From Nemertoderma westbladi (Eukaryota > Animalia > Xenacoelomorpha), in contig JAUCBJ010007324.1 of NCBI GenBank assembly GCA_032718475.1, positions 41,957-105,956 on the forward strand: a stretch of DNA of 64,000 nt. The letters run 5' to 3'. A program made the translations under genes and the position numbers. Numbering within the stretch: the stretch's first letter is position 1; each line of letters opens with the position of its first letter. Below, piece by piece: positions 1 to 13,500 of this stretch. Below the pieces are notes generated by a model. That model saw only the letters and a program-made list of their open reading frames with translations, was not told where the DNA came from and ran no database searches.

Positions 1-2411
1 GATATGTTGTTATATTGATTATTCTTCGCGATTTTATATTGAATTTGTTTAAATTGTATTGAATTTCTCTGATAATTATGTTCTGATTTTGTACCGTAAA
101 AACGTAACATAAACATATATGTATTAACCCTAATTGTGTTTTGCTTGTGTTGGTGATTTTGTGAATCAAAATGGTGGAATAAAGACACCCGGTGATCGAT
201 TCGGAATTCAAACCCGTTGTTTTAACACATGAGCGGCACATTCTCCGCCTAATAATGATAATTATGGAGTGAGGAGGTCGAGCTGTACCTACCGGCCGAC
301 TGCGGGAGCCACAGGACTACAGGATGGATTATATCATACAACATGAGTGAAACATAAGGGCAGTAAGTTGGACTGGGTAAGCCACAAGGGGAGGGGGGTT
401 TCATTAGGTTGATGTACACAATTCTATTAGGTTAACTGGTGCTTTAACTATTTTTCCTGTACTTGGGTTTGGGCCAAATTGAACCGGGATACCCCATCAC
501 AATAACCACACAGGCAGCACGGAAGTGCAAAAGGGGGAGTGTTGATATATTTGGTATCAGCGCTCATCGTTTTCACTTAGGTTTGGGTCTCATTTGGATA
601 CTAACATTCATTTCACTTCATCTTTATTTATTTTGACCTTTTGTTTGGGTTGAGTAAGCTTATATACCAAGTTTCAGCTACTAACAGCATTATTTTCAGT
701 CCAGCAGTAAATGTATTTGGGGTATTTAGATAGTGTTAATCATCTCTCACAATCATTAGTTTGACACTCTTACAGTTACTTTACAGAGTAGAAGTGAAAA
801 ATTAGAGAATATCTGCAAATTTATCCACGAGATAACCAGGTTTAGTATTGCGTTATAATTTCCTTCCTTTACTACCGTCGACAGCGGTGCGGTGTATAGA
901 AATATAGAGAATTTGTTATAGCGGGAAAATTTATGATAAATTGTGTTTATATTTTGTTTGTTTACAAATTGTACTCGATACAACCCTTACCTATCGGCAG
1001 TTTAGTTTGCAGTATATGTGGTGGATAAGGGGCCATCACGCTAGTAAATTGTTTTAATAAAGTTGATAATATTAGCAGGGATTCCTCACCAACTGGAGTT
1101 TCCTTGTTGATCTTTATATAGACCGGTTTATTGTTTTGCTTTCTTTCGAAACTGATACGTATTGCGATAATTTTGATTCGTATTCAACAGTGGTTATTAT
1201 GTTAATAAATCTGCAATGTGCTTTAGCGAAATCTTTTTAGCCAATTCTTAGCTGATTTGCGATGTAAAAAATTATAAATAAATCACAGAGTTGCTATAGC
1301 GCCGCCATTGAGTAAAGTTTCTATCGAGTTCGAAAGTTTGTATAGCCAAAAAGGGCTGCATTATAAGATTTAAATGAAATTAAAAATTTATATTTCGGTC
1401 GAAATTGTTAGGATAAATTTAGTGTAAATCTACCAGACAGCCACCTAATTCTCTAATACAACTTACAAGAACATCACTTTCATCACCACAACCAATCCGG
1501 GATCTGGGGACGTTTGACTTGGTACGCAAGTGAACTGATCATTGACGAGGTTGGGACGTGGGACGGCGTCCTTTAGCATCAATCACAGGTTGGTCGTAGT
1601 GTCGATAGGATTGTGCTTGTGGGATCTATAGTTTATTTGTGGCTGTTTGAAGGTTTGTTAAAATACTTATGCACAGTATTTGTGGCACTTGTGCATACAA
1701 AATAAATTTGGTGTTGTAATTTTTTAAGTACAATTTTAAATTACTTCCCTTTGTTGTATCTTATTGTCCCAGCATCCAGGGTCTCATAAAGTCGAGCCAA
1801 GGATATATTTTATGAAATAAAATAAAATAAGAAAATTGGAAATTAATTGAGTTGTGAAAGTTTGTTTTACCCCCATTCGATACGAAGGTAGTACCACTCT
1901 TCCCCTTTCCAACCGCGTTACTTTCGTCCCCGTACGATTAATATTAGCCGAGTTATAGCGGATCCCGCAAAGTCATTTTGTCCGTTTTTTCAACTTTGAC
2001 GGACATTTTCGGAAAAAAGGCGTGGTAATCTTTTTTGAAAAAAAAAACGAATTCACTAATTAATCCCTTCTATCGTATCCCGGCGTCGGCTAAGCAATAA
2101 CCTAGGGTTTTTTCGAGCCACTGTAGAGCGCCTTTCAACAAAATTTTAAAATTGTCGAAAAAATGACGGTTTTTTTGTCCGCCGTGTCCGTCGAAGGGTT
2201 AGATTTAATAATGTTAGAGTTGCTAATATCTTAGAATTCCGAGCCGCTCCCCTGGTGAGAAAATAAAAAAATTTGGTCAGTTCCTTCATCGAAAAGTCCC
2301 CCAGAATCCCAAGTTAACCTATATAGTTAGCGATGGCCTGCGGCTTTAGGAGCGGCCGCATTCACCTCCCTCATAGCGGCCGCGGCGGTGTTGCGTCAAA
2401 TGGAGAAATAT

Positions 2412-2690
2412 TTATCCCACCAAGAATGGTGCAAGTGTGTCTCCCTGGAGGACGCCCCATAACACTTCAAATGGTTCTGTGTGACCGTCAACAGTAGACC
2501 TAAATGTTGTCGAACCATCGTATACTGATCTGAATTCTGCAACAATTTCATCAGGAATCCCATATAAAGAAAGTATGCTAAACATACGTGAGCGAGAGAC
2601 TGAATCAAAGGCCTTGAAGAAGTCAACAAAGATAACAGCCAGATGCCTGTCTTTCTTTTTTGATAACTCTTCAATTATCCTTCTATATAA
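2412..2690 (-). mobile_element. Fragment of RTE-clade non-LTR retrotransposon reverse transcriptase (second RTE family)
   Basis: Translation RRIIEE...VIFVDFFKAFDSVSR...LYGIP...GVLQGDTLAPFL matches RTE RT motifs; truncated on both sides. Related pieces at ~54925-55190 and ~58965-59105. Confidence 0.85.
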
Positions 2691-4476
2691 CGAGCGCAAT
2701 GATAGTTGTAATGAAGACAAGTCTGTGCTGACTAAACTCCTAAACCACAGAACGCAAAACGGAACCATCTCCCCAAGACATAATACGGCAATGAACCATG
2801 TCGTATCCAGAACCTAAACAGAACCCCACAATAAGATCATATTGGCTATCGAATCTTTTGTCGAATTAATACCAATTTACGTAAATACTGGCGTTTTGTA
2901 ATCTTTTATTCACGGAATTGGCAAATTGTTCACTGCTGCCTTTTTTAAAGTACTGGTACACACACAAAGGGTTAATCTGAACCATAACGTGTGCCATAAC
3001 AAAATCATAGACAAAACCATACCGGTAGGCCTATCATTACCTGCACTGTGACCTTGAGAGATCTAAAGCCTTACAAGAATTATAACCATATCTTGAAACA
3101 GAACCCTTACATGAAACCATAACAACGATAACGCAAAACTGAATCATAACATTACTCTGGCCGTATTAAAACTATTTTACATTTAACCTGGCGATATGTA
3201 GACTTTTAATAACCACATTGGCAAATTGTTAACATATTTAGCATCTGGCGCAAGCCGAATATTTTATAACAAAATTGGCGTTTCATTACATGTTTGTAAA
3301 TATTACAAATTGAGACAAGTTGTTTGTTGTTTGTGTGCCAGAATATACTTAGTAGAAATGCGGTGAAAGGAAAAGCCGGCAAATAAATGTACTTGCCCCA
3401 TGTAAATTGTTGAGAAAACCTCCATCATTAAAATTGTCTGACCGCATAAAATAGCGTGCCTATCACTCATAGGACTCAGTAAATTCGAATTTTTCATAAC
3501 CGGTATACAGTATATAACGTTTCTGCAGCGTTCATTATTTTTAGAATTTGTTGTGCTATTAGACATGATATTACATTTTGTTGTGTTTATGTTTTGAAAC
3601 TATTATCTGGTTGTTTCTTGTTTCTTGTGAGGGGGGGGGGGGGGGTGGGGGGGGGGGGCTGGGGGGGAATTACCGATTTTATGGTTTAAGAAACATGACA
3701 TTCAAACAAGGGAAGGTAAAATAGTTATAGTCCGCTACATGTAGGGGAAGTCAGGTGTAATCTCATATATATATGTCATAAATAAACCCCTATCATTTAT
3801 ATTAAAAAAACGGTCATTAAAATTGAAAAAAAAACCATCATTAAAATTGTCTGATCGCATAATACAAACCTTTATCCTAACCTTAACATGAACCACATTA
3901 AAACCTTGCCATTATTACTTGTAGGGCGTACCTAGACATTCAACAGTCCGTCATACCATACAGCCATACCAATACTTGAATGCTGAAACGTGATTGGCGC
4001 AAGTTTTCGGTGCTGCTTCCCAGTGGATGTTTACTGGTCACACATATTTTCGTTTCATCAGCCGTTCCTTCCCCCTCTGGGGCTTCACTCCATTGTAATT
4101 AGAAATCACATTCTATGAATTCAATAGCTAAATTTGCAGTGAAAACATTGTCAAAGAGAGTGAAAATAATGTAGTTGATTGTTTAACGCCATTTCTATGG
4201 AAGGAGTTAAAATAATGTTTAATTTATTGGTTTTACAGTATTATATTATTAGCTTCACAATTTTTTCATTTATGGCGCATTTCCTACTAATCCCTTATTA
4301 GAAAATTCATTTTAATCATAATTTGTTAATTCGTCATTTTTTATATTTATTGCGCATTGTTAAGTGCGATCTGAACCAATATCATATATAAGAAAGGCGT
4401 ATTCGCCTCAATAATATTATCCTCAATAAAATATATTTTGGAATAGGTTTAAATACAACGATGTTCCACGCGGTGA

Positions 4477-6074
4477 TACTACTACTACTACTAGGTCGAG
4501 CGAACTCGGACAGTGTAAATGAGATCCTTCCAGGCTTCCCGATTCTCCATAGTTGTCGCAATTTCGTTTCTCCCAAGTTCAGTATCCCTTTCAAGTTGAT
4601 CTATATATGTTATGGCTGGTCGTCCACGACTACGCTTTCCATGAGTCGGTTGCCAGAAAAGTAGATCTGGTATGACCTCGTCTTTACTTCGCCAGCAGTG
4701 CCCACTGAATCTTAATCTGCGTTCACGGAGGGTGGTTGATACAGGTGGTATTGTACCATAAAGCTCGGCGTTTGTCATGTGTTGTCTCCAGCTGATGTTT
4801 AGGGCTGCCCTTAGTAGTCTTGTGTAGCAACCATCAATTCGTTGTTCAAGTGATTTAGTCAGTGTCCAGGTCTCACCCCCGTATAAAAATACACTTTCCA
4901 CTGTGGCTCGAAAGAACTTAGTCTTCAGGTGCCTGGAGAGATCTGATTTCCAGATGGTATCCATTTTTGATAGAGCTACCCAAGCCTTTGCTTTCCTAAC
5001 TTCTATGTCCTTTTTGCTACTCTCTATCCATGATCCAAGGTACTGGAAGTCATCGACCTTCCTTAGTTGATTATTATCAATGGTTGTCAAGTTTCCATCA
5101 ACATTAAAGGTCATGAATTCGGTCTTGGTAGCATTTATATGCAATCCAACCTCCTTAGCAGCCCTCTCCACTTTATTTAGCAGAAGCTGTGCATCTGCTA
5201 GCGTATTAGAGAGCAGGGCGATGTCATCCGCAAAGTCGGTGTCTGTGACTGTAGTTGCCGGATATCTACTACTTCTGCGTTCTTGAAGTGTGAATCCCAG
5301 ATCTTCACCCTTTGTGGCCGTCCTCATTGCGTAATCCAGCACAATTACAAATAGTAATGGTGCTAAGGTGTCACCTTGCAGTACGCCAGCCAGGATTGCG
5401 AAAAACTCAGTTTCACCATCTGGTGTGAGTACCTGCGCTTCTGTGTCACAATATAACAATCCAATGCCAGCAACAATTACTTCTGGTATTCCATAAGCTC
5501 TTAGGATTTCAAGCATTTTACCTCTATAGATGGAGTCGAATGCCTTCTTGAAGTCCACAAAAGTCATGACTGCGGGGAGATTCTTTGACTTAATTCCTTC
5601 AATCAGTCTCCGTAGTGCAAGTATCTGAGCTATTGTTGATCTACTTGGTCGAAATCCGTTTTGGCTCTTACGCAGTAGTTTCTCTATGTGAGGCCTAATC
5701 CTATATAGAATCATTTTATTGTATATTTTGGCAGCTACCACAAGCAGACAGATCCCACGATAGTTTGTGGGTATGCCGAGGTCTCCTTTCTTGGGGAGAG
5801 GCTTTAGTTGACCTTTAGTCCAAATTGGTGGTGGCTTTTCCCCTTTTAACATCCGGTTGCAAACATTCAATAATGGTCTATTTAGCACTCCGGTTTTCCA
5901 TACCTCCGCTGGGATTTTATCTAATCCACTCGCTTTATTATTGGACATGCTTTTAATGCTTCTTTGGAGTTCGGCAGGTGTGAAGTCCCCTGTTTCTATA
6001 GGTAGTGTCTTGTCATATATTTTCCTTGTAGGGCTGACCTCGATGTTTGGTGGCTGCCCAAGCTGCCCACGCAT
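4477..6074 (-). mobile_element. 5'-truncated RTE-clade non-LTR retrotransposon with (TAG)n 3' tail
   Basis: RT ORF ends in TAG, which is the first unit of a TAGTAGTAGTAGTAG tail (4477-4493). No APE domain upstream, so it is 5' truncated. Confidence 0.9.
4491..6074 (-). CDS. RTE-type reverse transcriptase (C-terminal 527 aa, uninterrupted)
   Basis: Motifs KASGLDKIPAE, NYRGICLL, QNGFRPSRST, FVDFKKAFDS, GVLQGDTLAP, DFADD, FQYLGS, plus the RTE C-terminus RRLRFSGHCWR...GKRSRGRP. Confidence 0.9.
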   Translation of the reverse strand: MRGQLGQPPNIEVSPTRKIYDKTLPIETGDFTPAELQRSIKSMSNNKASGLDKIPAEVWKTGVLNRPLLNVCNRMLKGEKPPPIWTKGQLKPLPKKGDLGIPTNYRGICLLVVAAKIYNKMILYRIRPHIEKLLRKSQNGFRPSRSTIAQILALRRLIEGIKSKNLPAVMTFVDFKKAFDSIYRGKMLEILRAYGIPEVIVAGIGLLYCDTEAQVLTPDGETEFFAILAGVLQGDTLAPLLFVIVLDYAMRTATKGEDLGFTLQERRSSRYPATTVTDTDFADDIALLSNTLADAQLLLNKVERAAKEVGLHINATKTEFMTFNVDGNLTTIDNNQLRKVDDFQYLGSWIESSKKDIEVRKAKAWVALSKMDTIWKSDLSRHLKTKFFRATVESVFLYGGETWTLTKSLEQRIDGCYTRLLRAALNISWRQHMTNAELYGTIPPVSTTLRERRLRFSGHCWRSKDEVIPDLLFWQPTHGKRSRGRPAITYIDQLERDTELGRNEIATTMENREAWKDLIYTVRVRST

Positions 6075-6249
6075 TGATGGAAGAGAATAATTGACATAAT
6101 GACCCTAATTAAAGAGTTATCTTTCTAAAAAAAAATAATATAGTATGTATAGGCCGAAACAAAGGAAAGTAGCGAGAAACAGAAGTACAAAAATGAAGAA
6201 TCTATTAATTATATCTCAACGAATTTCCTTGAAATAGATCGAACATCGA

Positions 6250-6512
6250 ACTTGATGAATGGCTCACGGACAATAAACTCTCCTTGAATCTAAAGAAAAC
6301 AGAATACATTATCGTGGACAATCGCAATTCAAATACAATAATTCCGGATGTGAGCCTTCATTCAACTCCATGAACTAAAACTACGGCATCAAAATTTCTA
6401 CGAATCTACATAGACAATAAAATAAACTGGAAAATTCGCTGCAACCATGTATTAGCAAAAATATCAAAATTATCCGGGATCTTCTTTAAACTGAGACACA
6501 TTCTACCTCTGG
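6250..6512 (+). mobile_element. Degenerate L2/CR1-type RT C-terminal fragment
   Basis: Plus-strand pieces read EWLTDNKLSLNLKKTEYII and KFLRIYIDNKINWKIRCNHVLAKISKLSGIFFKLRHILP, resembling the equivalent region of the intact element at 28116-31613. Confidence 0.6.
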
Positions 6513-6514
6513 AC

Positions 6515-6972
6515 ATCGTAGTATCCCTCGTTGTTAGTGAGTGAGGTGTCCAAGGTCCCCATAATGGAGGCCGCATTTCCAACCATGATGGCAACAGCCA
6601 GTCTCTACAAGAGGAAGCGGTGGGATCGGGGTTCCTTGGTAACAGAGTGGAGTCTTGCCCTGATTTCCTTCAGGAACTCGGATGTTTCAGGGCCGGGGCG
6701 GCCCAAGGTCTCGTAGGCTACTTGGGGGAAGAGGTAGCCCTGGTCCATGAGTTCCTGGTACTTGTGGATCTTTAGAGTTTCCACTTCCTCTGCAGTGCGC
6801 CTCCGGCGGATAGCGTCTGGGCGAGGTGGCTGGGCGACAGTGGGTCCTCCACCGTCGCGTCCCACACAAGGCGAGGTGGCTGGGCGCCAGTGGGTCCTCC
6901 ACCGTCGCGTCCCACACAAGGCGAGGTGGCTGGGCGCCAGTGGCTCCTCCATCGTCGCGTCCCACACAAGGC
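6515..6972 (-). mobile_element. 3' fragment of CRE-clade non-LTR retrotransposon (restriction-like endonuclease region)
   Basis: LVWDATVEDPLAPSHL, K..KY.EL...YLF..VAYETLG and the terminal AVAIMVGNAASIMGT are characteristic CRE C-terminal motifs. Frameshifted, with an internal stop. Confidence 0.75.
6821..6970. repeat. 3 x 50-bp tandem repeat within the CRE fragment
   Basis: GCGAGGTGGCTGGGCG(C/A)CAGTGG...CGCGTCCCACACAAG starts at 6821, 6871 and 6921. Confidence 0.9.
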
Positions 6973-7049
6973 TTATTATTCTTATTACTCTTATTATTTT
7001 ATATCTATAATTTTGTTATATTCTATATTTGTCTTCCTCTCGAACAGTT

Positions 7050-7370
7050 GCCCCCGCTCTTACCGCTTCCTTCTGCCGAGACCGGTGTTGCCCTCCTGGT
7101 CGGAAATGCGGCCTCCATTATGGGGACCATGGACCCCTCACTCACTAACAACAAGGGACTCTACGGGGTGGTCTATGGTCCCTAGTACCCCCCCCCCCCC
7201 CTCCCTCCCCAATGAAACAGACAAACTTACACCCCACCCCCCCCCCCCCCCCTCCCCAATGAAACAGACTAACTTACACCCCACCCACCCCTCCCCATAG
7301 CTTTCTTATATTAATATGTTATTAATATTTACATAATTTCTTTATTATGACTGAATATAAATAACTGGGA
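7050..7370 (+). mobile_element. Second CRE 3'-end fragment, inverted relative to 6515-6972
   Basis: 7055-7160 is a diverged reverse complement of 6523-6632 (GNAASIMGT region). It is followed by a stop codon and a C-rich, partly duplicated 3'UTR. Confidence 0.7.
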
Positions 7371-7407
7371 CACAATCCAATTAAATCACATCAATTAAAC
7401 CGAATAA

Positions 7408-8212
7408 TTACAAATAATTAATATAAAGGAATAGGGTTAGCTCATAATAATGATCCTTCAATAAATACAAATAATTAATATAAAGGAATAGAGTTAGCTC
7501 ACAATAATGATCCTTCAATAAATACAAATAATTAATATAAAGGAATAGGGTTAGCTCACAATAATGATCCTTCAATAAATACAAATAATTAATATAAAGG
7601 AATAGGGTTAGCTCACAATAATGATCCTTCAATAAATACAAATAATTAATATAAAGGAATAGGGTTAGCTCACAATAATGATCCTTCAATAAATACAAAT
7701 AATTAATATAAAGGAATAGGGTTAGCTCACAATAATGATCCTTCAATAAATACAAATAATTAATATAAAGGAATAGGGTTAGCTCAAAATAATGATCCTT
7801 CAATAAATACAAATAATTAATATAAAGGAATAGGGTTAGCTCACAATAATGATCATTTAATAATTACAAATAATTAATATAAAGGAATAGGGTTAGCCTA
7901 CAATAATGATCCTTCAATAAATACAAATAATTAATATAAAAGAATAGGGTTAGCTCACAATAATGATCCTTCAATAAATACAAATAATTAATATAAAGGA
8001 ATAGGGTTAGCTTACAATAATGATCCTTCAATAAATACAAATAATTAATATAAAGGAATAGGGTTAGCTCACAATAATGATCCTTCAATAAATACAAATA
8101 ATTAATATAAAGGAATAGGGTTAGCTCACAATAATGATCCTTCAATAAATACAAATAATTAATATAAAGGAATAGGGTTAGCTCACAATAATGATCCTTC
8201 AATAATTACAAC
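7408..8212. repeat. 57-bp AT-rich tandem repeat, ~14 copies
   Basis: Unit ACAAATAATTAATATAAAGGAATAGGGTTAGCTCACAATAATGATCCTTCAATAAAT; 19-aa periodicity in the ORF track. Confidence 0.95.
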
Positions 8213-10510
8213 AGCTGAAAATCTGATTTGGTTTCATGTCAGTGTTCCATATAGGAATGTAAGTATATAGAGAAGGAACCCTGTGTATCCAATACAGACC
8301 CCCCTGGGTTTACTGAACAAGTCTGTAACCAATCCACTGATCGCTGTAATTAATGCTAAATATATCCTTTATAAGGATATAAATAGCTGAACTGGTGATT
8401 TTGGATGCAGAATGGAGTGCGATTGTCCAAACAGAGTTGATAGTTTAGTAACACGGACGGACGTACAATGACATAGGGTTGTCGGGTAACTTTAGGGAAA
8501 CCACAACCAGCCACAGTGGGACCGAGATAATTAGAATAGATTAGATAAACATATAACATTATAGTAGTTCTGAATGGGAACCAACTCCGTTACACTCATT
8601 GTAAACCAATGTTTTATTGGTTAAAGAACCGATTGGTTAATAATATAACCAATGGGAACCTCTGAGTAATAATTAAAACGTTTTATTAGTGGATGGACCA
8701 GGTTTGTATCTACCAAAGGGACGTAGCAGATACACAGGTATTACTCGAATACTCAATACAGATAATATGGGAATAAAATCGAACAAAAACTAATTAAAAT
8801 GAAAATCAATTGAGGGAAATTTATATCATTTATGTATTTATATCTGATATAAATTAATTATTTTAGATCTAATTTTAGCGAAAATTGCGAGCTCTCCCTA
8901 TGCAAAATAATTAAATCTTTATTATTATTTATAATATTAAATAAAGTTATAAAATTCCCATAATATAAATTATTACATAAACCTATTTATAATACTGGCC
9001 CTCAACATCAATACTATTAAATATTTTCGGTAACTGAATATAATATTCTGTAAGATACGGGATTGAACTGGTGTTATTCAATCAATTGATCTGATCTTCT
9101 TTTGAATACTTAGGAGAGTTTGAGTTTAGAACATCGGAACTACTGTCTGTCTGTAGGGTTGGATTACTTTATTGGGATGTTATTTGTTAATTTGTTGATT
9201 TGTTATAATTAAGTTTCTCTTCTCTGATATTCCAATATTATATATATAATAATCTGCTTCTGTTTTCTTATATTCCAAATGGCATCTTGTTTGGTTTGCG
9301 ATTATTCTGTAAATATAGGAATTAAATAGGTCCATAAAATTTGCATATTATTGAAACTTTTTTTTATGTTACATTTCTTTATATAATATTTAATTTATTT
9401 CGAATATGCACCAAACAATACCCCCCACCAACAGACAACATGTATTAATTGACCAAGTAGAAAAGGGCGGGAAATTTAAAACTATCAGTATGATAGGCCC
9501 TAGTGATATAAGGCGGGAAATTTAAAACGATTTCAACATTGAAACTATTTCAATGCAACTAAATAGTACAGTAATAATTTTAAGGAGCATTTCTAACATT
9601 CTAAAAGGAGAAATTTCTTCCTGACTGAAAACCAAAATTAGTTCTAGAGGCCTTTGGACTCAATGTACTCACCTTAATATATCGAAGATTCAACTCCTTA
9701 AATAAATCGGATTGTTGGTCTAGTTGGAATATAAGATATGTTGCCGAAATCTCAATGTTAAATAATAATCTGTCAGAGTTGAACTGAAGTTGTTGATTTA
9801 GAAGTCAAGAGTTGATACTTGTCTGGAAAATAGCAAAACGGAAATGATTTCGTATAAAAATTGATTAGCTTATCTAATAATTAATTTTTAACGAATTCGT
9901 TTATTTAATTTTTCACTCACCAAAATGTAAAATAATCGTAATTTTTATCTTAAGTATTTCTCTAAGTTCTAAACAGAGACATTATTAGTGAATAATGGTT
10001 CTGGGGTTGGTTATTCAACTCAATGTAACTCACCGACGACATATCGAAGCTTGTCTTACTGGATCTTTCGGAGATTTTGAGCTAATTTCATTGAGTTGTA
10101 GATTTGGAAACCTTCTAGATAATTGTCTGAAATATAACAAAAATGAAATATTATGATTTCATAACTTTAATTAGCTCATCTAACAGGTTAGTTTAACAAA
10201 CTCTGTGCAACAAATTATTAAACACTTAGTCTGTTGTTGTTATTTAATAGCAAAAACCAATACCGGTACCATTATAGAGGTAGGACAAGTAACTAAGTCA
10301 TTGTATATGTTATGCCCGACTGCTATACTTACTTTAGTATTTATTTAGTTAGTGGCGACCAACTGGGTTTCTTCATTGAATTCACAAATTGTGTTTCTTT
10401 TTGCGGCAGACTTAATCTATAAATAAATTAGGGATAATAAATGTCTAAATGGCAGTTTAACGGAAAATTAAATCATTAGCTAAACATCAGCTGGAGAAAA
10501 CAAACTAACA

Positions 10511-13500
10511 AACGCCGAGCTCTATGGCACTATACCACCTGTATCAACCACCCTCCGTGAACGCCGAGCTCTATGGTACTATACCATCTGTATCAACCGC
10601 CCTCCGTGAACGCCGAGCTCTATGGTACTATACCACCTGTATCAACCACCCTCCGTGAACGCCGAGCTCTATGGTACTATACCACCTGTATCAACCACCC
10701 TCCGTGAACGCCGAGCTCTATGGTACTATACCACCTGTATCAACCACCCTCCGTGAACGCCGAGCTCTATGGTACTATACCATCTGTATCAACCACCCTC
10801 CGTGAACGCCGAGCTCTATGGTACTATACCACCTGTATCAACCACCCTCCGTGAACGCCGAGCTCTATGGTACTATACCATCTGTATCAACCACCCTCCG
10901 TGAACGCTGAGCTCTATGGTACTATACCATCTGTATCAACCACCCTCCGTGAACGCCGAGCTCTATGGTACTATACCACCTGTATCAACCACCCTCCGTG
11001 AACGCCGAGCTCTATGGTACTATACCACCTGTATCAACCGCCCTCCGTGAACGCCGAGCTCTATGGTACTATACCACCTGTATCAACCACCCTCCGTGAA
11101 CGCCGAGCTCTATGGTACTATACCACCTGTATCAACCACCCTCCGTGAACGCCGAGCTCTATGGTACTATACCATCTGTATCAACCACCCTCCGTGAACG
11201 CCGAGCTCTATGGTACTATACCACCTGTATCAACCACCCTCCGTGAACGCCGAGCTCTATGGTACTATACCACCTGTATCAACCACCCTCCGTGAACGCC
11301 GAGCTCTATGGTACTATACCACCTGTATCAACCACCCTCCGTGAACGCCGAGCTCTATGGTACTATACCACCTGTATCAACCACCCTCCGTGAACGCCGA
11401 GCTCTATGGTACTATACCACCTGTATCAACCACCCTCCGTGAACGCCGAGCTCTATGGTACTATACCATCTGTATCAACCACCCTCCGTGAACGCCGAGC
11501 TCTATGGTACTATACCACCTGTATCAACCACCCTCCGTGAACGCCGAGCTCTATGGTACTATACCATCTGTATCAACCACCCTCCGTGAACGCCGAGCTC
11601 TATGGTACTATACCACCTGTATCAACCACCCTCCGTGAACGCCGAGCTCTATGGTACTATACCATCTGTATCAACCACCCTCCGTGAACGCCGAGCTCTA
11701 TGGTACTATACCACCTGTATCAACCACCCTCCGTGAACGCCGAGCTCTATGGTACTATACCATCTGTATCAACCACCCTCCGTGAACGCCGAGCTCTATG
11801 GTACTATACCACCTGTATCAACCACCCTCCGTGAACGCCGAGCTCTATGGTACTATACCACCTGTATCAACCACCCTCCGTGAACGCCGAGCTCTATGGT
11901 ACTATACCATCTGTATCAACCACCCTCCGTGAACGCCGAGCTCTATGGTACTATACCACCTGTATCAACCACCCTCCGTGAACGCCGAGCTCTATGGTAC
12001 TATACCATCTGTATCAACCACCCTCCGTGAACGCCGAGCTCTATGGTACTATACCACCTGTATCAACCACCCTCCGTGAACGCCGAGCTCTATGGTACTG
12101 TACCATCTGTATCAACCACCCTCCGTGAACGCCGAGCTCTATGGTACTATACCACCTGTATCAACAACCCTCCGTGAACGCCGAGCTCTATGGTACTATA
12201 CCATCTGTATCAACCACCCTCCGTGAACGCCGAGCTCTATGGTACTATACCATCTGTATCAACCACCCTCCGTGAACGCCGAGCTCTATGGTAGTATACC
12301 ATCTGTATCAACCACCCTCCGTGAACGCCGAGCTCTATGGTACTGTACCACCTGTATCAACCACCCTCCGTGAACGCCGAGCTCTATGGTACTATACCAC
12401 CTGTATCAACCACCCTCCGTGAACGCCGAGCTCTATGGTACTATACCATCTGTATCAACCACCCTCCGTGAACGCCGAGCTCTATGGTACTATACCACCT
12501 GTATCAACCACCCTCCGTGAACGCCGAGCTCTATGGTACTATACCATCTGTATCAACCACCCTCCGTGACCGCCGAGCTCTATGGTACTATACCATCTGT
12601 ATCAACCACCCTCCGTGAACGCCGAGCTCTATGGTACTGTACTATACCATCTGTATCAACCACCCTCCGTGAACGCCGAGCTCTATGGTACTATACCACC
12701 TGTATCAACCACCCTCCGTGAACGCCGAGCTCTATGGTACTATACCATCTGTATCAACCACCCTCCGTGAACGCCGAGCTCTATGGTACTGTACTATACC
12801 ATCTGTATCAACCACCCTCCGTGAACGCCGAGCTCTATGGTGCTATACCACCTGTATCAACCACCCTCCGTGAACGCCGAGCTCTATGGTACTATACCAT
12901 CTGTATCAACCACCCTCCGTGAACTCCGAGCTCTATGGTACTGTACTATACCATCTGTATCAACCACCCTCCGTGAACGCCGAGCTCTATGGTACTATAC
13001 CACCTGTATCAACGACCCTCCGTGAACGCCGAGGTCTATGGTACTATACCACCTGTATCAACCACCCTCCGTGAACGCCGAGCTCTATGGTACTATACCA
13101 CCTGTATCAACCACCCTCCGTGAACGCCGAGCTCTATGGTACTATACCACCTGTATCAACCACCCTCCGTGAACGCCGAGCTCTATGGTACTATACCACC
13201 TGTATCAACCACCCTCCGTGAACGCCGAGCTCAATGGTACTATACCAACTGTATCAACCACCCTCCGTGAACGCCGAGCTCTATGGTACTATACCACCTA
13301 TATCAACCACCCTCCGTGAATGCCGAGCTCTATGGTACTATACCACCTGTATCAACCACCCTCCGTGAACGCCGAGCTCTATGGTACTATACCGCCTGTA
13401 TCAACCACCCTCCGTGAACGCCGAGCTCTATGGTACTATACCGCCTGTATCAACCACCCTCCGTAAACGCCGAGCTCTATGGTACTATACCACCTGTATC

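Noticed and set aside
700-1310. Possible decayed LINE ORF1/endonuclease start on the minus strand
   Set aside because: Only a vague resemblance (LVISWINLQ) with multiple stops; not supportable without a search.
4460-6090. Target-site duplication around the RTE copy (CCACGCGGTGAT vs CCACGCATTGAT)
   Set aside because: The match is imperfect and the 5' junction is uncertain, so it could be chance.
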